Part shown: positions 12,109 through 26,600 of the stretch, in pieces | Position numbering within the stretch: position 1 is the first letter of the stretch | How the letters are laid out: every line of letters begins with the position of its first letter | DNA from: Octopus sinensis | Lineage: Eukaryota | Length of the DNA: 64,000 nucleotides | Reading direction: 5' to 3' | Assembly: GCF_006345805.1 (NCBI RefSeq) | Contig: NC_043007.1 | Location: forward strand, 31,620,001 to 31,684,000 | The notes under the pieces: generated by a model | Database searches by the model: none | Seen by the model: the letters and a program-made list of their open reading frames with translations, nothing else | Told to the model about the DNA's origin: nothing | Program-made: the position numbers and the translations under genes

Positions 12109-15100
12109 GCGCGCGCATGTATTTATATATCATCATCATCATTTAATGTCTGTTGTCCATACTGGCATGGGTTGGACGGTTTGACTGGGTTGGTAAACCA
12201 GAAGGCTGCATGAGATTCCAGTCGGATTTGGCATAGTTTTATACAACTGGATGCCATTCCTAATGCCAACCACTCCAAGAGTGTAATGGGTGCTTATACG
12301 TGCCACCAGCATGGGTGCCTTTTGTGTGACACTGGGGTGCATTTAAGTGCCACCGACTTGGGTGTCAGTTTGCATGACACCAGTACCTGCCATGACTGCG
12401 ATTATTATACACACACACACACAGTGTATGTGGGTGTGGAAGTGTGTATTTATATACATGTCAAATGGTGAAGTCATCATTTACGTCTCAACTGTGCTGA
12501 GTCTTACTTTTCTACAACCATTGACATTTGTTGGCATTTCTTGTCGAAAGTCCTGCACTAGTTCTGGTCTTATGAATTCGTGAGGAATAAAAGATATCTC
12601 TTGCTTGAAAAGGGGTTAAGTGTTAATGACAGGAAGAGCGTCCCAATGTAAAATCTTACCCCAGTTACCTCCCATCTAGGCTATGTAGTCTTGAGTTTCT
12701 TAATAAGAGCCAATGCATTGAACATCATTTTTCAACAGTAGGAATGTGTGGTGGATTGATTATTTATCAAACATGAAAAATTGATTTTTCTTTTTTTTTT
12801 CCTTTTCCATGCCACTGTACTAGTGAGGTTGCCAAGAAGCTTGTTAGTTTCTTGGTGACCTCAATTAGTGCAAAGTACCCAGTACACATAGTAAATTGGT
12901 TGGTCTATGTATGGAAGGGCATCCAGTTGTAGGAATCCTACCAAAGCTAAAACTGAAGCTTGACACAGCCCTGTAGCTTGCCAGATCTTACTGAACCACC
13001 AACCCTGTACTAGTATGGAAATCAGATGTTGAATCAGGATTTTTCACATGGTCACTGGTGTGACATAAACTTCTTAGTGAAATACTATTGGGAATTGCTA
13101 CTGGAGTAATGAAGTTCGTTCCTGAATATTTTGGGATAGCACCCACTAAACTCTCGGAGTGGTTGGCATTAGGAAGGGCATCCAGCTGTAGAAACTCTGC
13201 CAGATCAAGATTGGAGCCTGGTGCAGCCATCTGGTTTGCCAGCCCTCAGTCAAAATCGTCCTACCCATGCTAGCATGGAAAGCGGACATTAAATGATGAT
13301 GATGATGTTGCTAGCAATAATTTTAATCTCCCCCTCCCCCACTAACGTTCCCTATATTTGTGATGTTGAAGTTTAGCTGTTTTTACCTGCTAATTAAAAG
13401 TGTACCACCATAGTAACAGTAATCTTAGGTTTCATTAGACTTGATCATCCTTTTTATTATAATAATAATGAAATTATTGTATACAGTGCTCAGGTGGTCT
13501 CTACCTGTCTTTATCATTTCTTTATGTTGTCCATGTGTTGTTACTTAGTAAAAATAATTTGGTCGAAAATAAAAATATGAAAGATAACTGCAGAACCATG
13601 CTTGTTAAAAATTATATTAATGGTGCAAAATTTATTTCCCTTTTTTAGATGAGAGAGAGGCAGTGCAAAAAAAGACCTTTACAAAATGGGTTAATTCACA
13701 CCTTGCCCGGGTTGGCTGTCGCATAAGTGACTTGTATTTGGATTTACGAGATGGGAAGATGTTGATAAAATTGCTAGAAGTCCTATCTGGTGAGCGCCTG
13801 GTAAGTAAAACTGCTTCAATCTCATACGACTTATTTAAGATGGTTGTCAATGTTGTGGAAGGTGTGTAGTTGGCTCTGACATGAGCTTCAGTCATTTTTA
13901 TGCTATAGACAGAGACAGTTAAAAATTATTTTTGGAGCATCGGATTATATTTCAGAGAAATATTGTTTTGACAGAGCTATTAGCAACGATTGAAATGCTG
14001 AAGAATAAATATTTTGATGTACATGTTAACCTATGTTGAGGAATTTGATTATATTTTAAAGCTTAAAGAAAAGAATTAATAAAATGAATAAATGTATTTC
14101 GGGGAGAAAGATTTTATAATAAAAGAAGGTAGCCAAATTTAAAACCTCGGACCTTGTGGGTTTCACATATTGTGATTGCTTTTCTTTATGGATTTTCAAG
14201 TGTCAGAGACTTCATAGATTAGAAATGGTTTGAATGATTGGACTTCTGACCATTATCTTATACCTCCAGCCAAATAATTCTACTTGGAAATAAGTATCAT
14301 GCTAATTGATCTCCTCTGGCAATCTAAGTAAAGATCTAAATTTGCAGAACTATCCAGCTTTTGTTCATTGAGAAAAAAATTAAAATTTTCATTTGTCACG
14401 GGTGTAGGATACATACAAGAAGACATTTTCAGGTCTCTGAATATTCCTTACCATTTCATCTGATTTTAAAGCCTGATATATTTGACCTTGGGTTTTTTGT
14501 TTTTTTTTTATCTATTCCTGTCTCTACTGCCATTTATTCTTTCTCATATTTATGTATATACATTGTATATTCACTACATATGCATCCTTATGATGCCTAG
14601 CTTTATTTTTCTTCAGTTAATTTCCACTTTGTCCTTCATATCTTGCATAACCAACACATCACACTCAGTCCATTCCATTGCTGTTACTATAATTCCACAA
14701 CACACCTTCGTCACTTATTTTACACAGGCAAAACTCGTTTGGATCAAAAACTAAATTGCTCCTCTTGTCTTGCAACAAAACACTTTGTATTCTGTGCTCT
14801 GCTTCCTCTCATCATGAACAGTAACTGTTTTAGCACTTACGATGATGATGATTGATGAGATAGTATTGTACTGGTCTTTACTATTGATTACACAGATTAA
14901 TGTAATTACACTGAAAAAGCGATTAATTTTTTTTCGTAAATAGATTGATCATAGTATATTTTGGCACTTGCATCTTGTCTCTTTGTGCCATAATCTCCTT
15001 TCTGACCACTAGTTTCTTTTTTAAATCTTGTGTAGCTTGGCTTTTTCTTCTTTTTTTGTTTCTGGAGAGATTAGGGTTGGTCACAACCAAGTAAATATTG

Positions 15101-18100
15101 CGAGAGGTATGATTTGAAGTATATGTTGTATTCTACATAAAATGGACAACTAAAGGGTATTATGAGAAAAAAAAAAAAAGGAATATCTTAAATGTGCTTT
15201 TAATAATTATTTTTTGATCCACAGTCTTTTAATAATGAAAATTCTCACTTTATATATTGTGCATTTGTAAGTATGCAGTTGATGTGTAAATGTTAGTGAC
15301 TGGACTGTGGTCTGAATTTGGTTCCTTGTTTCTTAGTTTCTAATCCCAGTCTTGCTGCATCACATTATCAATGATTTAAAATATATATATATATATCAGC
15401 CTTTGTAGATTAGGATGTTCTTTAATCTATACAAGAAATATTGAGCAGTCTGTGTAGTTTCAATGGTTGATGTAAATATACTGGATTCCTTGTGTATTTA
15501 GTGTAAATAGATAAAGTATTGAATGAATTGGTTTGATTGGTCAAAGGATATCCTTAATGTGCCAATGCAATCCAGAACATTTTTACCTTGACTTTGAATC
15601 ATCTACATTACTTTACTCTGTATGAAAATGTTGCGAGTGTGCAGTGTGCAAGAATTATTACCATAGAAAGAAATAATATATTTGTGCTTTTTATGTTTAA
15701 AATAGTTTAACTATTATGGTGCCTTTAAAATTTTGTGAATTTTATGGAAATGCTTTTCTGTCTGAGACTTTGGTATTACAGTTATACTAAAGCTCGTATG
15801 TTTGGTTATCCACAGTGTAACAAATTCTATTTTGTAAAATTTTGGTAATTTATAAAGGAGTTCCTTAGATTTACTTTTGATTAGAGAACAGAGTGAAATA
15901 GTTTAAAACAAGGCTGTTTCTGTTAATTTCATTATCTTGTTAGATATTTTTTAGTAATAATCCATTGAACAATCAGAAAACACAGCCAGGTATTACTGTC
16001 AATTTTTTCTTTTTAAATGAAAATAGGAAAATATGTGAGCATATGAAAGTACTTTTATTTCATGGCATATAAAATGCACTCTGCATTAAGACAAAAAGCC
16101 TTAAAAAAATTACCTGAATCCTTTGTGAAGTTGGGCCTATATTACATGCTTTAATGCATTAACAAGTTATTTTTCCTGAACATGTGTGCTCCTGAAATTT
16201 GGGTGCACCTGATATGTCTGAGCATCTTTTATGCCATCAAATATGGTATCTTGAAAGTTCTGGATTATATTTTGCACTTTATTTCAAAAATATTTAGCAA
16301 AGACATAAATGACTGAAAGAAAAAAAAAAAAGATAAGAAAGAAATGCTAAATGTTTCTGGATTACTATAGTTTAATTAAACATCTTTAAAAGTTGGTTAA
16401 TCTTTGTTCCATGTCAATTTGTATTAAGAAATAAAGAAATGCTTGAATTGAAATTGGATAAGTTCAAAGCATTTGTCTTCCTTCTATTCTCAAGTTTTCT
16501 AAAAGTATTAATATCTTGATTTTCAAATACAAAAGAATTTTCAAAAAAAAAAAAAGAAAGAAAATTTGTCATCAATATGTGAGAGTTTGGCGATTAATAA
16601 TGACTACCTCACACATGACATTTGATATTCACTGATAATGCAGGAATTGTTGTAAGACAGCATCAGGCAGAAGATAGTTTTAGATTTACTTCCATTGTCT
16701 TGAATGAATATTAACTCTTGGAATGTAGACACTTTGGAAAATTGTGCCATTTCAGTAATAAAAATATTAACATATTTCCTATTCAGAAAAGCTTAATGGA
16801 ACTTTTTTTCTTTTCACTTTTATTTTTTGAGTCATCTGTTTAATGTTGCCTGTTTGAAAAAAGGGAGTCAGTCACAATAAGTGATACACTTCTTTCTTAG
16901 TAACCCCATTCTAAATTACTTGCATTACTTTTTCATACAAATGACTACTCATCAGAATCTATTGCCGAGAGGTAGGACGACAGATTACCGATTCATTTGT
17001 GTTTTTGTTTTCATTAACGAGATGTTCTGCAAGCCAAGGAGGAAAAGATTTGAGTTTTACTGAATTAATAAATTCTCGAAAATGCTTTCACTGAGTGACG
17101 CAGTTTTAGCCACAGAAGATTTTATTAGACCTAGACTGAAACATTACCTTAGTATTTGAGGAATGGTAACTAAATCTGAGATTTATGCAAACTGTATAAA
17201 TGAGAAACTATTCTTTTGATGAATACATTGCTTTAAGTTCATCATCAGCCAAAGTGCCCTCCCTGTATCCAGGGGTCAGCTTATCAACACCCAGTCCCCT
17301 CTCTGTTGTGCTGTATGCATAGTCAGCCAGGCTTTTGTTTCTAATCCTTTCTTTGGATGTCCTCAATCCACAAACATCTTTGACGGTCACTTGCAGTCTT
17401 CCCCCTCAACAGTTCCTATCAGGATGGTCTTGGGCAACGACTGTTATTGCATTGCATGTCTAAAATCTGATATCTTTAAGGACTTGATTCTTGACACTAG
17501 GTGTCTTTGCATTCTCAGCTTTTGTAGTATCACAAACATTTGTCATCCCCCATCTTTGAGGCATCTATCATCCTTTCCATTGCTCTGTATATTGTCAAAA
17601 GTTTCTGCTCTGTAGAAGACAATAGACAAAAAATAAGTTTACTAGTTTGTCTTTTGAGGTGAAAATCTTTTTCACTCTTTTAAATGCAGTTTTAGCCTTA
17701 TTCTTAGAGTAACGTCTATGCTGTGAGCTACTTCAAATAAGTGATTTACAAATATTTTCTTCTGTGTGATAGGATAAAAATTTAGCTAAATTTTATATCA
17801 TAGCAATTTTTCCCTAAAATTGCCAAAGAAATAAATTTATGTAAATTACATTAATAGAAGTCATGTGCATGCTACCTGAACTGGATTATGAACTTGACCA
17901 TGAGAAGGAAGCAATTTAATAAAAAAAAGTTAGTTTTTTATAAGCCTCTCAGGAAAACGGAAGCAGTGCTACCATTTTAATCATTTTCTTATTGCTCAGT
18001 AGATCTTATAGTTATTCATTTTTAATTATTATCACTAATAATAATGATAATAATAATAGTAATAAATGCCCTGATGCAGTACCAGGCAGTGGCTCTCATG

Positions 18101-21100
18101 GCTTCTCATCTGAACTGATTGGAAGTGTTATTATATACATTGTTTTGTTTTGGTATGGGCTACAGTAAATATTCTGCTCAGTACCACAGATTTGCATGTC
18201 CGTTGTTTGACCGTAACTAGCTGAGCATGTCTCTTGGTGGCTGATGATATATGCATCTCTGATCACGAGCAGGAGTAGTGGGGGAGCATCATAGCCATGT
18301 GTTTGAATAATTCATCTCCAGAAACATGGGTGTTTTGTTCAACATCTTTAAGCGACCATTATTCAGAGACCATTTGAGTGGGATGGGTTACTCGACCTGA
18401 AGAAAACTCTGAGCCCCCACCTGCAAGGTCATGCGCTGTTTGTCTTGATATGAGATCACCATGTCACAACACGTTGTGATGCATGTGCCTAATGTATACC
18501 CTTATCAAAAAGGTAGCCATGATGGTTATACTGGGTTTCATATATTTTACCCCAGTGTCACTTTGATGGCATGCACTACTCTCTCACCAAATAATAATAA
18601 TAGCCAATATAAATGTTTGTTGGTTGGTTGGTTGGTTGGTTGGTTGGTGAATGCTTCAGTCATGTTCTACATGATACTGAGAAGAGAGGAAGTAAAAAAA
18701 AAAAGCAACAGTTAATATAAAAGGTGCAATGTGAGTGCACATACAAACTTGATGGCAGGCAATGATAACTTTGTGAAAAGGACAATAGTTCTTATTGAAA
18801 TTTTGCAGAGATGGGTTTTCTATGGAATAGATTGTGATTATCTTAATAAAATTTAGAAAAATAACATCTATTAATTGCAAATATACAAATGAGAAATTTG
18901 TTTTATTTAATTTGAAGGTAATTGTGTTTTTTTGGGTGGGGGGACTTATTCATTTTGTATAAGACCAAGATATTTGATAGAAGTTAATTTACTTTGGTGT
19001 TATTGCCATAGTTCCTGATATTAGCTTTGGTGGCAGAAATATACTACTTGTAGGGCTACTCATCATATATAACATTCTAGTTTCAAAATATTGCTTCCAC
19101 TAATGCTGAAATGGTTAGGTATAGCTGTGTGGTTAAGAGGTTTACTTTGTAAGCATATGGTTTCAAGTTCACTCCCACTCTTGGGCAAGTGTCTTCTATA
19201 GCCTTGGGCCAACCAGTACTTTGTGAGTGAACTTGGTCGATGGACACTGGAAACCCATTGTGTGTGTGTTGGTCTGACAACTAGTGTTGGTTGGTTTATG
19301 TCCTCTCAGTAGCTCAACAAAGGAGACTAATAGAATGGGTACCAGACTTTACAAAGAAAAGATTGTACTGGGGCTGATCGATTTGCTCAACTAAACACAT
19401 CAAGATAGTGCTCCAGCATGGCCACAGTGCAGTAACTGAAACAAATAAAAGATAAAAAGAACAGCCTTGCGAGGCCATTTCCCTGATACTTCCATGTTGT
19501 TGCTGCTTAGTACTTCAGTGTTGGCCACGTCTATGTTTCATCCAAACTTCCTCTTCAGAGTTTCGATCCTCTACAATTCTTCTGAACCAAGACTTCTTGC
19601 TGGCTTCATAAACAGATCTGTTAGCTTTTGACTCATCTTATTTTCCTTGATGTTCGTGTTCTTTGTACCACTTGTAAACCTTGCAAATAACCTTATATAT
19701 CTTTACAGTTAAACTGCTAGCTTAGCCCATGGTTGAGAATAGTATTTTTGCATGCATATACTATTGAACTGTCGGTCCAATCATATTACCTTTGTAAAAA
19801 TGCTGTGATATCTTGTAAAGTTATAAATGGCTATTTCTATATGAGGTATTTTATTGGCTAATAAAAAAGAAAAAAATTTAATTAGAAAAATTATTTTTAG
19901 AGTGCTTTCTCCTTATTTTTCAAGATTTTATCAATACTTTCTTGTCCCCTTTTTGAAGGTACATAGTTTTTTCCCCCTAACAAACAGTATTGTATTGTAG
20001 CAGGTAGTATTGTAATGTTGGAAACTTCCATTTTGTTTGAAGTATTTGTAATGAAAGTTAGTTTGTATTTGGTAGCTTACATTTTGTGTTAGATGTTCTA
20101 ATGTAATATATTAATTTCATGGCCAATGTTGTATTACAAAAAGGTTTCTTGTATGAAGGATATTTATAAAGGTATCTGTGCATTTGTGTTTTAATTCCTT
20201 TATTTTTAAACTATGTTGACAAATGCACTTTGTATACTTTCTTGTCAATAACATAAAAAAAAAATATTGCTTAACAATTTCTTTTATACAAGGGCAGAAA
20301 GCTAATTTCGTTTAAGCGAGTCTATATTTGGTGAGCATTTATTTTCCGACTTGTCAATAGGATGAATCAAGATAAATCAAGATGAATCTCCGGCATGCTT
20401 GGAGATTTACTTCAAGTAAAGTCCAGAAATGACTCTACCAATTTGTTTCAAGTCAGCAATTTTACACTTTTCAATAGAATATATGAAATATGTTTAGATT
20501 TCAAAGCTGAAGTAAGCTTTTTGTTCTCGAGTCTGATTGATTTGGGTATTTTGTCATAGTGTTGTGTATCAGATGTTGTCCCTAAAACTATTTGCTCAGG
20601 GTCTTCTTCAAATATTGCAAAATTCTAGACTGCAATTGTCTCTGCTCAAATTTTCCTACAGAAGTTACAAGTCACCAACTAATTTGTTAGTCATGATTTA
20701 ACAAGAGGACTTCTGCATAGTCACCTGACCAGCTAGAATCAACAAATAAATCTGTAAATAATATTTTACAGTATCATAAAAAAAAAAATTATACATTGGT
20801 TATTATAGTTTTACAAGAAAGTCAGGGTGGCCACAGCTGAAATGTCTATAGTCAATTGTTCTGATCCGAGCTGACATGGCACACAACAGCAACCTCATCA
20901 GTTGGTGAGAACCTACAAAGGCCATGTGTTATTATTGCCCCACATGATGGGACAAAAAAAAAAGGTGCTTGGTGTATAACGTCAGCATCTTCCACTCAGT
21001 TTGCTTCTACATCAATGTTTGTATTTTCCATTTTTGTTTATTATAGGATGTTAGCAATTTAAGGCAGTCTGAAGCCTAAGTTCAGCCCAGGGAGTTGTTT

Positions 21101-23590
21101 TAACCCCCACCCTCTCTTGCACACGCACAACACTTAACTATTCTTGCCTGTTGACGTGTTACTTAGCAGAAGAAATAATTTCTTAATTGTTTTCCAACAA
21201 GTTTTAGCTCCTAGGTATATAGGGTAGAAATTCACATTTAAAAAGAAGTTAGACTTTTGTTATCATTATTAAGTAGGAGTGTCAATTATTGCTGAACTTT
21301 AACACTTTATAGCATGAAAAATACACATTTGTGCTGTAACACTTCTTAAAAGGAACACATTCATATCTCCAGTCTCTGAGGGCATATTTACATTTACTTA
21401 ATACCACATAAAATATATGAAACATTTAACATTTAGTTGGGTGAGTGAAATGTCACTAAGGCCCATCCCTTAGCAAATGACAGATTTACCTCACACAACT
21501 ATGTATTTTTTTTTCTTTAACTCCTTAGGGACACTGTTTTTCTCTTCAATATATTATCTCATCACAGTTTCCCCTTTTAGTAACCAGCTAATTCCAGATG
21601 TCAGCCAGTTGTGTCAACTTCAGAACATCCCTCAAATTAAACCTCAAACCACAAAATTGGGTCTGACCTGACAATTTCATGTTTATGTACTTTATTGGGC
21701 TTACGAATAACAATTTGGCTGGTAGTGAGGCTGAAGCAGTGTATACACATATATACAAAATATTTGTTCTTAATAATATTGAATGCTATTTTTAACTGTT
21801 TTCTTAATTAAAATTAATCTTATTCAAACAATTGTAGACTTTAATTTACAGAACCAACACTTCTTATACAACTCATAACAATGTTAACAAATTCTTAGTT
21901 TGATATTTGCAGTCTTTATACATTGACTTCCTAATCTCATTCATTTGTATTAAAATCTTGGCTGTTTTCTCTGCATTGGCATCCTTTTAACCATTATTAG
22001 GTATTATGAAATTGGTATCTTGATTAAGAAATTACTTCCTCTTCTAGTTTTATTGTTCTTAAGCCAATTTTGAGGTGGTGATGTAAAACTGATTGAAGCC
22101 ACCTTAACTATTATATGTTACTAATCCATGAGAGTTCCTGTGTAGTTGCTTCCTTGCTACAAATAACAGCCAAATCACCCTCAAATCATATCAGATAATA
22201 ACTGGCACTCCATAAGTTATGATGAGGGTTTCAGTTGATCCCATCAATGCAATGGCCAGCTCTTGACATTATTGTGCAAGTGGTTTGGCACTCCACAGAC
22301 ACACATACCCTTAATGTAATTCTCAGGAAGATTCAGCATGACACAGAATGTGACATGGCTGCCCCCTTTGAATTACTGGTACTCACTCTTGCCAGCCGAG
22401 TGGACTGGAGTAAAATGAAATAAAGTGTCTTGCTCAAGGTCACCATGTGATGCCAGGAATCAAACTCCCAACCTTATGATCATGAGCCAAATATCCTTAC
22501 CACTCAGCCATGAACCTTCACACTATTAGATAATGTCCTGAATACTTATAAAAAGACAAGATGGCCACAGCTGGATTGCTTTTGATCATAGATCAGCTTG
22601 ATCAGGACTGACCTTGGTCTAAACAATAAACTAATTGTTTCAATTATATTAATCTAGAAGTTGAAAATGCCAGTCCTGCAAACATTTTCTTGCTAAACCA
22701 AAAAAGAACTAAATAGTATAAATGTTCTATTAGTTAACCTTCCTCCTTTCTATAGCTCCAGTTACTAATCTATTCTATACAACCCAACCTCAGCAGGCAT
22801 TTTAGACCAATACTTAAGCAAGCGATTGGGGATCTAGAAATGGCATTTGGCAGTTCACTTTTTGGTCAGTTACATTCCTCTGTGAAATTAACTGACTTTT
22901 TTGTCTTCTGCTCATATTGTGTTCTTAGCCTCTTTATCAACTGAGAGCCAAGGATCACAGATCTCAACTATGCAGTTTCTGTCTCATACTTGAGCCGATC
23001 TTTTGCACACCTCTTAGAGAGGTGTGACAAGGTTTTGGATGCATTTACCTCAGTTTGACCGCTAAGTTAATGCAGCCAAAACAAAAGTCAGCTTTCTGGG
23101 AGTTTATTTTTTGTTCTTACAACACTAGCAACAGGTAAATGGCCATGGGGTATAAACATTTGATTAGTTTTAGCAGTAGTGTACCTGTCAAAATTATATG
23201 AAAATGGACCATTCAGTAATGAATCATTTTGAGTCCTGGTCTTGAAGTTGCTATTTCGATTAAATGACTCTAGTCATTGGGTCAACCTTGAAGGGTTTTG
23301 TGGCACAGATTAACTCCAGAGCTTTTTTTTTTTATCTTGTGCTATCTATCAGGGTCTCTTTTGTCAAACTGCTAACTTAGAGGACATAAACAAACCAACA
23401 CTGGTTGTCAAGTTGTGGGGCAAACAGACACACACACGTAGGTGGACCGCGTGTGTACCGTTGGTGATTTTTTTTTTCCCTCTGTCTTCCCTTCTCTGGA
23501 TCTTTCCTTCTTTTCTGAGCGTCCAATAATACTATATTTGTTCCACGTCCTCGCGTTGTTGTGTTTTTTTGTGCTTTCTTGTTTGGATTA

Positions 23591-23647
<57 letters not shown>

Positions 23648-26600
23648 CCTGCTGACCTAGCCAGTAGGGTGACATCATTTGAAAGCTAAGCCCAATGCAA
23701 AAAAATGTGCATTGTGACCAGTGATGTATAACATCTAATAACGCGATACACACACACAGTCATCCACACAGTTTCTATCTACAAAGTTCACCCACAAGGC
23801 ATTGGTCAGTACAAGGCTTTATAGTACAAGACACTTGCCAAAGATGCTCTGCAGTGGCATTGAACCCAAAACACACGGTTGTAATGTAAGCTTTCTTAAC
23901 TACACAGCCATATTGATATTTTTTTCATAACTTTACGAGATAATGATGGGATTGAGGCGCCAATGCACTTCTATCGTTGAATCTGAAGGTTTGTCACTTG
24001 CACTGGATAGTTGATTGACTTCAGAAATACCCTTTCTGGCTCAGAAAGAGTATTGAATCCGTATTTGAAGTTCCAAATGGTTCGACACTGAAACGGCTGT
24101 TGGACCACGATTGGTTGTGCATTTCTTTTTACTTCCCTGCTACTGGAGGGAGGTTAAAATGTTCATTAGAGATGATGATTGATTGAGCTTTATCAAATAA
24201 GGTGCAAGTCATTGTGGATCAGAAAGTTTCTAAGATAAATGCACTCCTTTTTACTAATTTAGACAGACTTATGTCAAAGGAATTTTTTTGCTCTTTATAT
24301 GAGAGAGAGAGAGAGAGAGAGAGTGGGGACAAGATAAGTTAGGACCTCCCAGATATCAGTGAGATTGATTTAGCCCATGCTCGTTCTGAACATACCTTGC
24401 TCAATGCATATCTGCATAATTTTATTTATGTAAAAATAGAGTTAACAAGAACTTGAAGGAATGGATTTTCTGTCTGGATTTTGTAGCTTAAAGAGTGTAG
24501 CTGATGCTTTTTATAGGCCATTTGCGTGCGTAATATATATTAGTTTTTTGATGATTAATTTTATTTGCTTTTAGTTCTATTTCAATTTCAATACAATGTA
24601 ATCTCTTCCATATTTATAATTTTATTTACGAACAATATTCAATAGAAATTTGTTGGCAAAATTCTTTACAGCAGACTAATTTCAATTTACAATCATATCC
24701 ACAATTGAATTACGTTCACTATGCCAGTGTTTATGGCAAATTCTTTAGATTATGACAAAGATTATTATATAATAATAATAATAATAGTTTATACAAATTG
24801 AGTTTTTCAACATCTGTTCACTATTATTTGTCTTTTTTCCTTTAGATTACCCATAGTTGATTTTAATGATTTGTTTTCAGTTTGTAAATAGGTTAAATAG
24901 GTTCGTGTATAACACAGCTACAATTTTTATTCTAGAAATTTGGCAAAATTGATTTGGAAACATTTTTAGTATTTGAGGTGAATTCAGAAAGTTGTTTGTT
25001 TAACATTGACTTGAATTGTGTTGTAAATTTAGTTTCATTCAATCTCTTTCCATTTCAAATGAATGATAAGGCTTCATTCTAATTAATCATTGAGTTACGA
25101 AGTGGTATCTCTCTTTAAACAAGATCTACTGGAAAGGAGCAATATAACCGTTTCCAAGAGCCTAATTGTAATAATGAGAATTTCACTCTTCATGTTTACA
25201 TTTCCCGTATTATTGTAACGAAATTAAATACCAACATCTGAAGTATGCAATACAGTATTTGTGCAAAACACTATACATAATTACACTCTTATCTATGCAC
25301 TTATGTGCAGGCTCACATACGCATTCTCAAAGTAATTAGTCAATATTGGTCTGAGGATGCAAACAGGAAAATAAATCTCAAAACATGAGTATAAAGTTTC
25401 ATTGTTTGTGATTATAATTTGTATGATATACAGTAAAATCTGCAGTCCTTTAAAATTGTTTTAACAATGTTTAAAAACAGCTAATGGAAACTGAAAATAT
25501 TCAACCACTCTACTTTTAAAATATGGTTTTTAAGGCAGCGAACTGGCAGAAACGTTAGCACGCCGGGCTAAATGCTTAGCAGTATTTCATCTGCCTTTAC
25601 GTTCTGAGTTCAAATTCCACAGAGTTGACTTTGTCTTTCAGCCTTTCAGGGTCGATAAATTAAGTACCAGTTGCACACTGGGATCGATCTAATTGACTGC
25701 CTCCCCACCAAACAAAAATTGGGGGCCTTGTGCCTTGAATAAAAAAGAATACCATTTAAAAAACTAAAAAAAAATTAGATGTTAAGCTTTTAAATAAGAT
25801 ATAATTTACTAATTTTCCTGGTTATAAGAATTACAATAGCAGGCATGAGTTGAAGGTAATGTATGGTTGACCATTCAATGAAGCAATAAATATTGTAGGG
25901 TTAATGAATTATCTATACAATTTAGTTCATCATTTAACATGTGTTCTTCATGCTGGCATGGGTTAGACGGTTTGACAAGCGCTAGCAAACCTGAGAGCTG
26001 CACCAGGCTCCAATTGTCTGTTTTCTACATCTGGATGCCCTTCCTAAAAGCAATCACTTTACAATGCGTACTGGGTTTTTTTTTTTTACATGGTGCCAGA
26101 TATATATATATAGGGAGAGTTTACGAAAAAAACAAAAGACGAAGACAGGTGGTGTAGAAAACAAACAGATGTATTAGTATAACGCTCAGGAATAGAAAAA
26201 GTCTTTTACGTTTCGAGCCTACGCTCTTCCACAGAAAGGGACACAGAAAAAAAACAAGGAGAGAAAAAAATGTGTGTCGTAGCTAACGATCTATCATGGT
26301 TTTCTATTTCTTTACAATTTTAGCTATTAGTCTATAGTGATGATGCATTGCCATTAAACCTCGACTCTTTCAAGGTGACTTTACTACATTGGTTGGTCTC
26401 ATTTTGTATATATATATATATATGCTTTTAATTTACTGAAGGAAATATTCAACTTTCTTATTTCTTGGAAAGATGCTAAAATCTTTTAGCATGCAAAATT
26501 ATTTTGCATTAAATATATTTCTAGCATAAATTAAAATCTTTCAAAAATTAACAAAAACAAATGTGGACGAAACATTACTATTCGTCACTCAACCGCTTCT

